Assembly: GCF_032062105.1 (NCBI RefSeq)
Contig: NW_026938921.1
Coordinates: 558,001 to 622,000, forward strand
DNA from: Saccostrea cucullata
Taxonomy: Eukaryota
Reading direction: 5' to 3'
DNA: 64,000 bases
Part shown: in pieces, positions 36,129-49,641 of the stretch
Layout of the letters: each line of letters starts with the position of its first letter
Position numbering within the stretch: position 1 is the stretch's first letter
Notes under the pieces: model-generated
Seen by the model: the letters and a program-made list of their open reading frames with translations, nothing else
Told to the model about the DNA's origin: nothing
The model's database searches: none
Made by a program: the position numbers and the translations under genes

Positions 36129-39100
36129 CAGGCTTGGGGTAATACTAATTGTAATGATGATGCATTGCAATGCATTACATGAACTCAAAGTAATGCTAGT
36201 AATGTGTAATGCCCAAACATTTGCATTACATGTAATGGTAATGTAATGCATTACTTCATAAAATCCAGTGTAGTGCTGGCATTACATAGCATTACAAAGC
36301 ATTATTTGGTATGTACCTATTTTAAGAAATTAAAATGGACATGGATGATGGAAATTATTGTTTAGGTTATTATTTTTTATATTTATCTATTTTTATTTTT
36401 TTGCAAATGATAAAATTGAATAAAAAAGTTATCCTATTTAAACAAAATTTCTGTATCTGTTTAAATACACTTTTTATTCTGTATCTCATATGCGATTATT
36501 TTTAAAAGATCTTTTAAAACTATTTTATATAATTCTTTGAAGTCAATTCTTATCTGAAATAAGTTTGAAAACTTAAATGCAAGGTAAGTGTACATTCAAC
36601 AGAATAAAAAGTGATGCTAGTAATGTGTAATGCCCAAACATTTGCCTTACATGTAATGGTAATGTACTGCATTACTTCATAAAATCCAGTGTAGTGCTGG
36701 CATTACATAGCATTAGAAAGCATTATTTAGTATGTACCTATTTTAAGAAATTAAAATGGACATGGATGATGTCATGTCAATTTAATCACGCTAATGCAAT
36801 GCTACAAGTAAAGTTTGTTACAGACTTGGAAACGAAAGCGTTGTCCACAATGGACATAAGTTCTAAGCTAAGAACAGACGTGGTGAAAGAACTTACTGGA
36901 AACGTTCTATTGCAGACTGTCCTGCCACAATCAATACCCGAAACAACTTACCAACTAAAATCTCAGCAAACCATAATCATGAATCTGATCACATGCAACT
37001 GATGGTAGACGATGTCATGCAGAGAATTAAAGTTCGCTGTACAGAGGAGCTTACTCCAATTCCAACAATCTACGAGGAAGAATTGGTGAAAGTCAGGAAC
37101 GACGAGTGGAATGACGACACGCAACAACAGTGGAGAACATTCCGACTTTCCCATCTTGCAAGGGCTCTATGTACAACAAACGCAAGAAGACCCTACCTGT
37201 ATTGCCGAAAACTGTGGATGACATAAACTTGAATGTTATTTGGACACAGACTTCCAAAGGCGACCCATTCCTGCTTACAGACAACAACACAGCTGGGCGT
37301 ATTTTAATTTTCAGTACTTACAAGAATCTCACACATCTAGCAGCTGCAGTTACTTTTTATGGTGATGGGACATTTTACCCCTGTCCGACTCTCTTCTTCC
37401 AACTCTACACATTTCATGCAATGGTGGATGGTGCCATGTCCCTCTAGTATACAGCTTACTTCCAGCTAAGAGTCAACCAGTATACACAAGATTATTAATT
37501 CTACTCAAAGACTTGTGTCGCCAACACCAGCTACAACTTCCAGCCAACTACTATCTTTCTGGACTATGAAATTGCTATTAGAATTTGCAGCTTACTCTGT
37601 CTTCCCTGGTATCAATGCTAAAGGATGTTTTTTCCACTATACACAAAACATTTGGAGAAAAGCACAAGAAACGGGTCTACAAGTTCCTCACAAGGAAGAC
37701 GGCAACATTCACAAACTATTACGCCGCGCTACCGTTCTTCCACTAATCCCTACCGCTGAAGTTGAAGATGTGTGGTTTAATGCACTTACAGAAATTGAGG
37801 AAGTTGATACAGCCATCAACTTCAATCCATTTACGGACTATGTGACTACATACTGTATAGAACAGAATAGACACTTATGGAACCACTACACAACACAGGG
37901 ACCAAGAACTATATACCAATCACCTAGAAGGATGGCACAGCAAGTTGAAAAAACTTGTCCAACACCCACATCCAAACATCTACAAATTAATCAGATTACT
38001 AAAACACGAAGAAGCCATCAACGACCTGACAATGATTCAGTATGCAGCTGGTGGTAAAACAACACACCGGAAAAGAAGATATACTAACATCAACAAAAGA
38101 TTAGAAGATCTCAAACGTAGACATCAAAACCAGGAAATCACAACTGTGCAGTTTGGCGATGCAGCATCCCATCTTTTACACCTAGAATAACTCTGGACTT
38201 TGTCAACTTTCATAAACTTTTGTAATGACTTTGTGAATGCAAAGTAAACGTTACATTTTGCTACACAGTGTAAAATTATGTTCATTGGATTTTAGCATGG
38301 GAATTTTTATATGGATTTTAATATACAGCGTGGTAAAATTGTGTTCATTGGATTTTTGCATGGGAATTTTTATATGGATTTTAATATATATTTGAGTGCT
38401 TATTTGTTCTGTGCTCTATATTATGAAATGTTTCATCATACACCAGTCTTACGCAATGTGATTTTTAATGAATGAAAATAAATAATTTATCCGCTATTTT
38501 TATTTGAAAAAGTCTAATTTCTCATTGAAATAGAAGTAAAAAGTCAGGATTTTTAATTTAAAATAGCAAATTTACCTGTCCTCTACTCCAACAGTGGATT
38601 AATAATTACTGTTTTCACAGTTATGACATGTTTATTCAGCTAATTAATTGTTTACACAAAAATTCCACCTTCTCCCACATGAAATTTTACCTTTCTCTAC
38701 CTGATTTTTAAAAGGTGGGAATAGGTAGAATGAACCCACTAATTAATGTACACTGAAAACTGATAATTGTCCCCTTTTGAATAGCTAGAATGTCATCAAA
38801 ACACACCATGCCTCTGGGTTATGTAACAATTAAAACAATGCATTGTTTGGAGATATGATCCTAATTTGTAACCAGTCCCTTTCTCCTGACTGTATTTATA
38901 AAATATTATTTCAGCTGGTCTAGCTTGTACTGACCATGAAAAATCCATTGTACAAACCAAAGAAAATAGAGGACATGTAGGCATTCTATGTGTAGCAGAT
39001 CAAAATGTACATCCAGTCTACTTTTTCAAAAAGTTTGTGAATGCATTTTATTTTTTTTATAAGGTACTAAAACAATAGTCTGTGCGCTTTATTACTGGAT

Positions 39101-39505
39101 ATTTTAGGCAGGGGTTAAAGTGCCCCAAAAATTAAATTGCTTCATGATATCAATAGTTACACGAAGAGTGGATATTGCACATGTGTTATATAACTGACAA
39201 TTTAAAAGTTTGAACTTTCTATGAATGTAAGTTATTGACAGTGTAATATAAACAAAAACTTGAAACCAAATTTGAATCATCATTTAAATGTATCATGTTT
39301 ACTTTTGAAGGGCATGGATACATACTTATGAAAAAAAATCAAGGTTTTGAATAAATTTCTATTTCTAAAAAGCTCACAAAGTAATGGTAATGGTAAGGCA
39401 TTGCTTTAAGAAAATAGAGTAATGGTAATGGTAATTCAATGCCCAAATTGTTGAAGTAATGGTAATGTAATGCATTACTTTACAATGTAATTCGCCCCAA
39501 GCCTG
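36129..39505. mobile_element. Non-autonomous hAT element (3.4 kb) carrying a MULE transposase pseudogene
   Basis: TIR CAGGCTTGGGG...CCCCAAGCCTG; 8-bp TSD ATTGGTAC/ATTGGTAT; GTAAT/ATTAC subterminal repeats at both ends; internal 160-bp direct duplication 36190-36350 = 36611-36771. Confidence 0.9.
36799..38190 (+). pseudogene. FLYWCH-MULE (Mutator-like) DDE transposase pseudogene
   Basis: FLYWCH remnant HNGHKF*...TYWKRSIADCPATI...HNH; DGTFYPCP..FQLYTFH (first D); FLDYE (second D); GCFFHYTQNIWRK; TNHLEGWHSKLK (E); HPNIYKLI. Split across four or more ORFs by frameshifts. The probable MULE right end is near 38736. Confidence 0.92.
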
Positions 39506-39684
39506 ATTGGTATTTATGGAAATTCCGACATTTTTTTAAGGCCCTTGTGTTTAAACACATACAAGATATTGTCAGTCCAAAAATTCAAGCATTTATTTGA
39601 TATTAACTTCCTAGCACAAGTGTATACAATCAGAATGATTTATAACTCATGACAATGCAAATGACCGACCTATCAAAAAATATT

Positions 39685-39960
39685 TTTGAATTCGTTATAA
39701 CGATTTTTTAGAATTCGTTATAACGAATTAAATTTGTTATAACAGATTTATTAAATTATAACGAATTTAATTTATTTTAACAGATTTATTAAATTCGTAA
39801 TAACGAATTTAATTTGTTATAACAGATTCATTGAATTCGTTATTATTGGAAGCGTTATAACGAATTTAATCTGTTAGCTTTACAGATTTGTTGAATTCGT
39901 AATAACCAAATTCGTTGAATTGGTTATAACGAATTCAACAAATCTGTAATAACAGATGCC
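39685..39960. repeat. Minisatellite built on the palindrome AATTCGTTATAACGAATT (~32-bp units)
   Basis: About 8 degenerate units. Confidence 0.85.
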
Positions 39961-40509
39961 AAAAACGAATTATAAAAATTTAAAACTTATGCCAAAAACA
40001 TGAAACTTAATATTACGTGGGGAATGGCGAGACTTTATTTTTCTTTAGTGATTTAAAAAAAAAATATTCGACAAGAATATGAAAAAAACATTCACAGATG
40101 GAGATCCCATCCTGAGCTTTAAAACAGATTCTGTCCCGGTCCTTCGAGGTAAGTAAGGAAGTACATGTCAATATCAAGAGGGTTTTTAAAGGAGAAAATG
40201 ATATTTTTTTTAGCTTTCAAGGAAATCCGATATTGTTTAAGTTTGTATAAGTTTATATTCCTATTTTCCATGCAGGCTGTACACCGAATATTGTTTTATG
40301 CTGGTCTCGAATACAACATGTATATAGAATTTAAAATGAGGGATTCGGACACCATATTGTAGCTGATAAAGGTAATATATTGGTAAGGTCTTAAAAAAAG
40401 CCTCAGTTTTACCAAAAATCTTATAATTTAGTAGCACCTGAAAACAAAAATCATGAACCCAACTTTCATTTTGATTTCTTAATTTTATATTTCATTTATA
40501 TAAAAAAAA

Positions 40510-41100
40510 AGAGAAAAAATTGACTTGAGACTTTAAATCAGCAATAAAAAAAAAGTGCCACTCATCAAAATAAAAACCATTGCACAATTTTTTTACTTGT
40601 GTGCTTTGAAATCAGACCAAAACTTGATCTTGAAAGAATTAAATTTATTTTTAGTAACCATGTATTGTTCATTGAAATCAAAAACCTGCACAGAATTATG
40701 TATCTTAGTGTAGACTACTTGTATGCCAAGTTATATCAAAATTAAAATTTATTAATTTTGAAAGAATTTCACAGAAATTTCTATTTTTGTAACCACGGCA
40801 ACATTTGAAATATGCACAGAATATTTCTTAGTGTAGTCTACTTGTGTGCCAAGTTATACTGAAATCATTAATCATTTTGAAAGAATTTCAAAGAAATTTC
40901 TATTTTTATCAAGAAATCAAAAACTGTTTGAAACAATTTCACAGAAATTTCATTTTTATTTGAAATCAAAAAGATGCACAAAATTATGCTTATTGTGTCA
41001 AGTTAATTGAAAATGACATTTTGAAAAATTGTTTATAGAATTATTCATAACCTTTTTTATGCATTGCATTCACAAAAAAGGTAATTTATTTTTTTTTTAG
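40510..41100. repeat. Degenerate ~110-120-bp tandem repeats (HINE-core-like)
   Basis: TTAGTGTAG.CTACTTGT.TGCCAAGTTATA...TTTTGAAAGAATTTCA.AGAAATTTC recurs at ~40705, ~40828 and ~40990; absent from copy A of the old duplication. Confidence 0.55.
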
Positions 41101-42887
41101 CTTTGATCTTGATCTTGAATTAAATTATCATGTATTTAGTTAACCTTCAGAATTATACAAGAAAAGCTTTTCAATTAAAATTTATTAATATTGGGTTACT
41201 TATGTCATTTGAAATACAATATATTTCAACTAATCAAGTGTATCATTAATCTCTATTTTCTTTTAAGATACTAGTAATTGTTTATTTATTCATTTTTATT
41301 TATGGTGAAGCTTATTTTCAAGAATAATGACATTGTATAGAATTGTCACTTTTTATGTATTACATTCACAAATAAAGGTAATTATTAGTTATGTCATTAA
41401 AGTTTCCAATTTCTTGAAACGCTTCCATTTTATATAAAATTCCACAACATTGGATTTTTTTTTTCACAATAGAATATTGGTAAAGTATAATCATTTGTCT
41501 TAATAAAATATCATGGTGTAATAATATTTACAGTGTAATAAATATTTTAATAATCTGTATGAAGCTTTCCATTTAAAATTTGCTTCACGTTAAAAAGTTA
41601 AAGATAATTCTAAACTTGCTTCTTTCATATACCATAATTGTTATGTTTCATCAGAAAATGAGTCTTTAACGCAAATATTCTCCAAGAGACCTAAAGCAAA
41701 AATATATAGAATAATCACTGATGAATATGACAATGCTTAGATATAGTCAAATCTCGAACTCCACAGGACAAAGATAGTTGAGATTAACACACATTATAAA
41801 AGTTATCAGAACATGCAGTTAAGATTGTCATCTTATATCGGCATATCCCTGATTTTTATTATTATTATTATTTTGTTTATGATAACGAAGTTCAACCGTA
41901 TAATATACTCATGGTTTGTAAGAAATATGCCCCTGTCTTTTGGATTAATTTCTATGGATTAATGAAGAGAGGTTGTAAGAAATATGAATTGATGGACGAA
42001 AAGTGACCGTCTACACTTTTGCTTTATTTGTTGAATGCTATAAGAATGCATTTCTTGAGTGTTTAAAGGATTGCTCTGAAAACTATTGATTTAATAATCC
42101 TGAATAAATAAACTGATGATACTTGTAATTTAAATATCAATTTTACGTAAGATTTTTTTATAGATAATATTCGATATTGTACTGAGTTTTTGTTGCTCAA
42201 TATTGTTGGTATTTTCTTGTTTGAATAATTCTCTTTTGTGGAATCATCAATTAAAGACAAATGTACAGTTTAATGTCCTTTTATTTGCAAAAAGTCTGTA
42301 TAGGGACTTTCATTACGAGCTTTCTTTTGAGAACAATTTGTTTTCCATATAGGTTTTAGTTAGCAAATTTTTTGGTATCTTTTTTGAAGATTGAAATTTT
42401 AACTAACATTTGGTCTTGATTTCAATTTTATTGTGGTCATTATGAAAAGAAATCAATCGCTTTATTAAAACGGGAACTTTATCTGAAGAAAATTCAAGAG
42501 GTTTTATAATAACATTCAGTTCGTTTACATGTAATTTAAGGTTCCCGATTTTCTTGATGAGAAAAATGGACGGACCAGGTGTGGAAAAAAATATGTTCAT
42601 TTGGAATGCCTTTTTCCTTTCAATATCTTGGAATTTTCTTAGAGGTAATCATAAAATATCATGACTTTATCTATTTGTAAACTTGAGAATTAAATTGTAA
42701 ATTATTAGGAATAATAGAATTACGTTTCAAAGGAGATATCTTTTTATTAAAACATGTTTTATACAAGCCGCCATTTTTAGGTCATTAATCTTACTTATAT
42801 ATTGAAGATGGAAATTAATTTTTTTTTTTACAGGTTCAGTAAAATGCCAGTTATACGATGCTTTATTTCTGTATTATATGAAAGGTA

Positions 42888-44140
42888 CAGTGGCTGGAAC
42901 GTTATTGTTGACAACTTACACGAACGATCACGTTACACGCAAAGTGTGAACGATTAACGCACGATTAAACCTGATACACGAACGAATCTTTCACGTTCAC
43001 GATTCTACACGTTACACGATCTTACACGATTGCTAAAGCATACGCAAGTTTCTTCACGCAAAATAGTTCAAATTATATTCAGGAATTGATATTTCCAAAA
43101 CGAAATACGGCTTTATATTGGTTTTAGATTCAAAAAATTATCAATAAATATATCATAAAATCGACTTTGAAAAAAAAAATATAATGGGTATTTCTGGTAT
43201 AGTAAATATACATGTAAGATTTTTTTATTATTTTAGATAATAAATAATTATCTTAGCATACAACTAAATACATGTAAACATAAGAAAACGGATTTTTTTG
43301 TATCAGAAAATAGAATATTTGATAATAATCTGATAAAAATTTGATTGAATTGGATTTTTTTTTATGTTGATTCACGGGGATAGAGAATAAAGAAAATGGC
43401 AGCATGGAATGACTTAACTTAAAAGTTATATCTATATGTTTTCATTACTTCAAAATGTTTATGAATCTCTAAAACATGAAAAACGACATTGCAAATTATT
43501 GTTTTACTTTAAAAATCAATTAAAAGTAAGCTACAGAGATAAATACTGTTTAACAAAACCAAACCGAAAATCAAAAGCGTGACGTGCATGTACATTCCGA
43601 CTAAACATCTATGTTAGCTTTGAAAAATATTTAAAATAATTATTGTAAAAATATTTTTTTTTATTATATTGAAAAATTAAAAAAAAATATTGTTATATAT
43701 ATTAGCAGAAAAATAATTATGATTTCTTCAGTAAAATATAGTAAAATATTATAGCTTCGGTATATTAAAAAAATTCTTATATCATTTGAGTATATATATT
43801 TATATTGTACTAAACTTAATTTTTATATTGCTTGTTTAAAAGCAAATGTAGTTGTTCCGCATTCAATTATGTAAACTGCGCTTTATTTCTTTTTTTTGGA
43901 TTAAAATATTAAAATATATCGTGTGTTCAACGAAAAACTTGTTTAAAGAAAACATTCGATAAAAACAAAAAATACCCCACTAAATTTACACGTTTCTAAA
44001 CGCACGTTCACGCTATTTCGATTAAAACCGCAAACATTTATTTTAACTTAAAATGTGCACGTTTAAAATTAACTGTCTCTACAAATATTTCTGATTATAC
44101 ATGATTGGTTTGTCAACAATAATCCCATATTTTCTCACTG
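42888..44140. mobile_element. Non-autonomous Tc1/mariner-like element
   Basis: TA|CAGTG..TTATTGTTGACAA ... TTGTCAACAATAA..CACTG|TA; ACACG/CACGT subterminal repeats near both ends. Confidence 0.7.
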
Positions 44141-44669
44141 TAAATGACAGAAGTAAAATGAAGTTTACAGGAATGAAAATTGTTTTTTTTTTTTTTTTGG
44201 TTAAACAAAGTGTGAACAGTTCAACACAGGAACCAGATTTATTTATTTCTTTAAACGAGAATGTTGATATTCTTGTTTCATCAACTTGTTTGTCAGTAAT
44301 TTACCTCGTTAAGAAATTGTTCATACGAAGAGCATACTCTTGCCCAATCGGATTATGAGTATATCTACGAGAAAACCATGCAAAAAGTTATACAAAAATA
44401 TATATCTCTGATATATTTTATGTTTTAAATTTTTTCTATAATATAAATGAAGTATATTTTGCCAAAAATCCAATTTTTTTTTTTAAATTTCCTTCTAATA
44501 TATATAAAACACTTTTTCTAAAAATTGTAATATTTGTCCTTACACAGGTTGAAAATAGGAATATTTAATAATAATCTGATTAAAAACAGATCCCCAATCC
44601 GCCCCTTTATTTTTTTATTGTTGCTTCACGAGGCTTTGTGTAGAGACAATAAAAAAATAAAGAAGCGGA

Positions 44670-44835
44670 TCGAGGATCTGATTGAATCAGATAACTCTTG
44701 CGTATCGAATCAACGGAGAGACATAAACCTATTATGCAGGTGATAAAGGTTTATTGCTGCAAAAGGAAGGGAAGATGGCGATTGAAAAGTTAAAGTCATG
44801 AGATTTATCACTAAGCCTGGTAGTAAGATAACTAT
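44670..44835 (-). mobile_element. Penelope-like retroelement reverse transcriptase C-terminal fragment
   Basis: LTTRLSDKSHDFNFSIAIFPSFCSNKPLSPA**VYVSPLIRYAR matches the recalled YDKRDDFNF.IVNFP..SNIP..PAYGVYISQLIRYAR motif. A tiny matching piece (VYISQLIRYA) also lies at 9428-9460 on the minus strand. Confidence 0.8.
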
Positions 44836-44840
44836 AAACG

Positions 44841-45196
44841 TTTTTATACCCCCCCCTAAAGTGGGAGGTTAAATAGTAATCGGAATGTCTGTCCATCTGT
44901 TTGTCCATCCGACCATCTGTACGTCCGACCGTTCGCCCGTTACGCTTTGGGGTACCATCTTTTATTCGCAATTCGAAATTTCATGACACTCACACATATT
45001 CTTTGTTACATTAGGGCCATTATGTACCCTTCAATTTATTTTTTGATCTGACACATATTTTGGAATTCCCATTGCAAAACATGGACACTGCCATTTTTAA
45101 TCAACTGCCATGCAGCAGATAGGTTTTAAGAAAATTTGTTTGCTTATATGTGTCAGTGCAATAGGTATTTAATGCTAATTGCTTAAATCCTCATTT
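44841..45196 (-). mobile_element. HINE-like element
   Basis: (GTCC)n tract and terminal hairpin; homologous to 10555-10878. Confidence 0.7.
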
Positions 45197-46871
45197 CAAT
45201 CGAACAAAGTTTAAGAGGAAAATATAGAAATATAAAAAAAAACTACATTGACTGAAATATTAAAAAGGAGGATGTAAGAGGCTACTATGTACAATGTGCC
45301 AGTCAATATTTGAAACAAAAATAAAATGTCAGCTGTTTTTTTTTCTATTGTAATTGATAATGTCTGTCAATAGGGGTGTCGAGTCATTCATTTTGGGATT
45401 CTTTTACTTTAGTATTAGAGAAAGGATAAAAGGTCCAACATTTCATAGTTTCTTATCTTTTTATTTTTTTTTATAAGTAACTGTTTGTGAATATATGATA
45501 AATATAAAAATCAGTCCGCTAATAATAACACCAGTAATGAACGATTCTTCAGATTCTCAAAATGTCATGTCTTCCCGGCTAAATGAGGTTCGAAAAATTA
45601 TGATTTTTCAGTATAAAATTTCCATTTAGTAGAATAGAATTCTTGAAAGTGTTTTAGCTAAAACTGTCCAATGAAACTCTGTTACTCTAACTGAAACGAA
45701 AATACAAACACAAATTAAGGAATTAGCTCTGTCAATTAAAGTCACAATGATAAAAAAAAACTATCATTAGTGGAGAAAACAACTTCAAATATAAAAGAGC
45801 AAAAACATAAAGCATTGTAGAAAGATGAAGTACAAATTAACACGGTGGAAGGAAACAGGAATGAGATATGAAGAAAAATAGATATTTATAACTTAAATAA
45901 GAAAGCTAATGATGTTCTACAGAATAAAGGTTACAAAAACTTAAATTCAGCGCTGATAATTAAAAGCATATTTAGATCTGTTGGTAAAACATAATATGGA
46001 AACTCATAATGAGTTCTGCTGGAGGATCATAATGATAATATGGCTTGGACGAAATGTAAGGATTGCTTTATTGAGCCCATTAGATGCAAAAGAAACCTGA
46101 TATAAATTAACCAAAAAATGTCATTACGGGTTTTGAAAGATTATAGATAATTGTACCGCTTTGAAATTCCAAGACATGTTGATCAAAGTTTTCTGGTTTA
46201 TTCCCCTATTTATTCATTCGGTAATGAATTCCGTGGATGCATACAATATCGTTTATAATTGCAAAGATAACAAACAATGATCACTATAAAAAAAGTCTTT
46301 TGAAACAATACAAATAATGAACAGAAAGCGGATCTCTTTGAATAAAGTTGCGATCAGGTGTCCTATAGAAAAAGACATCCCCTGTTGACCGATCGCATCT
46401 GCCGTGTGCCCTTAGTCATAATTTGGTAAAAGGAAACATTTTGTTTACGATTCAATGTGAATATAACGGCCTGATTTGTATAAAGGACTCATACATTCTA
46501 CATTAAACATTTTTTTGGGGAAAAACGAGATCATAGTATCTGATGTAAAATATCTATGTGTCATAAGCTTATTTGTCTGTTTGTCTCTCTGTTAACGTTT
46601 TTCCGTACGTAGAACATTATTATGCATCCTGTCCTTTTCTTTCTTTTTTTTTTTTTATTTTTGAACAAAAAGGTCACATTATCCTATAAGTAGGATGTTT
46701 GCTTCATGATAAGGATGCCCGATTGGATTTTTTTTATCACCTTCATTGTCGGGTCAAATCTGAACGTGAATAGATGTAATGGCGTTTCCTTTGTCAAACG
46801 TCCCTATATAGTTCAAGTGAAAGTAACAAGTTTTCAGGTTAAACTTAAAAACGCGGTCCCGTTTTATGGTC

Positions 46872-47980
46872 GAGTTGCACGCCTTGACACATGCATCTAA
46901 ACTCATGCTTCTATTTTGCCTCATGCGTCCTCTTATTTACACTATGCGTCTTGACATATGCATTTTTAGAATAATTTATAAAGATGAAATTCATCTAATT
47001 TATTTTAAGATAACGAAACCTTCAAATTCCCTTTTCAGATTTATTTTAGCTAAACGAATCATTCCTAATTTCCCTTTTATGATAATTCTTGGAAGATGTG
47101 ATTTATATATATTGTATATTAAAAAAAACTCCTCTTTATAATGATAATCAAAGATTCACTAGGTTCACTTTATGCATAAAATGGCCCTGTCCTTATATCA
47201 ATTAATAAACTATCACCCTCTTTCCCATTTCATATTTCAAAATAAAGTAAAGGCTAAGTGCTTTCTTTTCCTATATTAAAATTTCTTTTTGAGAATCTAA
47301 GTATTGGAAAACATGCTAAAAGAAAATGCGATGTTCGTGGATTTTGCAGAAAACATGCGCATTTGACTATCTTCAGCAAAAAATCAAAATATGAGCACAG
47401 TCCACGATCCAAAACCTAAAACATGGTTTTTAATCTTTAGAAATAGAGGTTGTGCTCTATATGAAATATTAAAAAATCGCTTCAACTTTAGGCCAATTTC
47501 AAACGAATTTACCGGATTTGGGGGAAATGGCACATTTTGTGACGTCATATGCATTGACTAGAGGGAAAATTACGTCATGTTCAATAGATACATGGCCACA
47601 AACAGGCTAACTATTAAATACTGTATTTTCAACCTAACCTCAACAGTTTTGATTTTTTTCCAAATTCTCAGGGACAAAAAAGTCCCTAAGTGGCTCTTGC
47701 TCTTTGTTTTTCTAATTGTAGTTTTAATCAGTATTTTTTTTGTGTTGTGTATCTTGGGAAACAATTTTTGAAACCATATGGAGGAAAATAAGGCTTATGA
47801 TTCAATCTCAACTCTGCCCTTTCTTTTCACTGGTCAGTTCCATGCATCTTGACACATGGAATAGAACAAGTTCCATTTGATCTGTCAATATGCAACACCT
47901 ATTAAATCTGACTCAAGGGGTATTTACACTGTGAACTTAGATGCATGCATCCGAGATGCATGTGTCAACACAATACTCAC
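46872..47980. mobile_element. Probable MITE with GACACATGCATC subterminal repeats and a nested insertion
   Basis: TTGACACATGCATCT at 46884, 47849 and 48089; inverted AGATGCATGTGTCAA at 47955. Confidence 0.4.
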
Positions 47981-49641
47981 TCCCTAATCCGATTTAAACT
48001 CTTTCTATCTTAAAAGCTTCATCTTAAAACATTATGCTCTGTAATTGATCTACTTGTAATATTTAAATATTTTGCAATAGTATGCATCTTGACACATGCA
48101 TCTCGGATGTTATACACAATTTAATTGAATATTTAATTTTGAAATTTTGATATAAAATGTACATGTATTTGCTGAATTTATATTTCAATTCATTTTCTTC
48201 ACTTACATCTGTATCAAAAGGGACATAACTACGAGAGTCTTAGAAGCGGCACACGATTAATTCACTTGATTCTTATAATTTGATGAAGGTGCACGTGTGA
48301 AGACTATCAATTTATAAGTGTCGGGTCATTTCTCCTTAAAACTCTTTGTCTCTTGGCTTATTTTTCTCCAGTATCATTTTACGGAAGGTTATTTAAGGGT
48401 TGGTCATTTCCATTGCCCCCCGAGGTCATTATTTCACTCCATTAGAGTATATGTGTATTCTTGAACTGTCAAATAAATTGAATTCTAAAAATAATAACAA
48501 CTGAATGTGAGAAAATAATAAATGTAGATAAAAATGTATATTATTTCTGCAAAAAAACAGTACTGAATGTAGTCACTTGCAATTGGTTCTCAAGTATTTT
48601 ATTTCAGAAATGGATTTACTGAGTATTAGCTACAATATTTTTAATATATGACCTGTGTTAGAGCAGTTAATGGTTTTATAAAGCTTTTACTGTCCCAGCC
48701 CAGGTATGAAGGTTATGAATTTGGCAACCACATCCTAAAATATGTCAAGTTAGCCAAATGAATAAAATTAGCAATGTGTCTTTTTGCGAAAAAAATTAAT
48801 CATGCTTTTTGGCAAACTCGGGCAATATTAACATGATTGATGTGAATTGAAATCCTCAATGGTATCTAATCCCACCTCTGATGGTTTAGAGGTCCATGTT
48901 TGCTTTGCTCCCAGTTTGTATTGTTTCAATGCACTTTGAACTTGAATACTATTTGTTATTTCGATATTTAATATGGAATTGATAAAAGACCTGCTGAAAC
49001 GTGGTTTGCAGGGTGTTTTTAGACAATTATTTTCAGATTTTTTTTTTTTTTGGTGCATTTAAAAAAGCCTAATTTTTATTTTGCATTAAGTGATCTTGTG
49101 AATTTAATTGAAAATCTCATCTAAAAATTCAATAACTTTCACTTCTTGCCGAAAGATCCGTCACTATCTATGTTTACATCTTAAGTTTGTCGCAGCGCTG
49201 CGAACGAGCATTGCGAACTAAATCACGAGGCGAGCACAGCATGTACCGTTACCTGTCTCATATAAAGTGAAACATACATTTTAAGACAACCTGAATTTAT
49301 GCATGAAATAACATCAAAATGGCACTACTGTTCCTATGGATATTGTAAACAGATTTCGGAATATTTCTTGTGTTTAGATTACAAATGAGTAGGAGTAGAA
49401 ATATATATATAAAACGTGGCTTAAACATTTGATCTGAATCTATAATTGAAAGCATGAAATTGATATTTACAATTGCTAGAATTTCTAGAATTCATGTACC
49501 TATTTTTGCGTCAATTATAATTCTTAAATATGATTGGTTGTAAAGAAATGTTAACATTTTATAAATTGCAACTAACCAGAAAAATTATCGAATTTTTGGG
49601 AAATAAATTTCCTTTGGTTTCTATAGCATCATCATAGCATC

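Larger units (their letters stand above)
30283..41450 (+). repeat. Older, diverged tandem duplication (copy A ~30283-34400; copy B ~34470-41450, expanded by insertions)
   Basis: Colinear matching blocks: 30283-30697/34471-34887, 31415-31615/34903-35072, 31981-32990/35084-35960, 34248-34290/40458-40500, 34337-34395/41387-41446. Confidence 0.8.
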
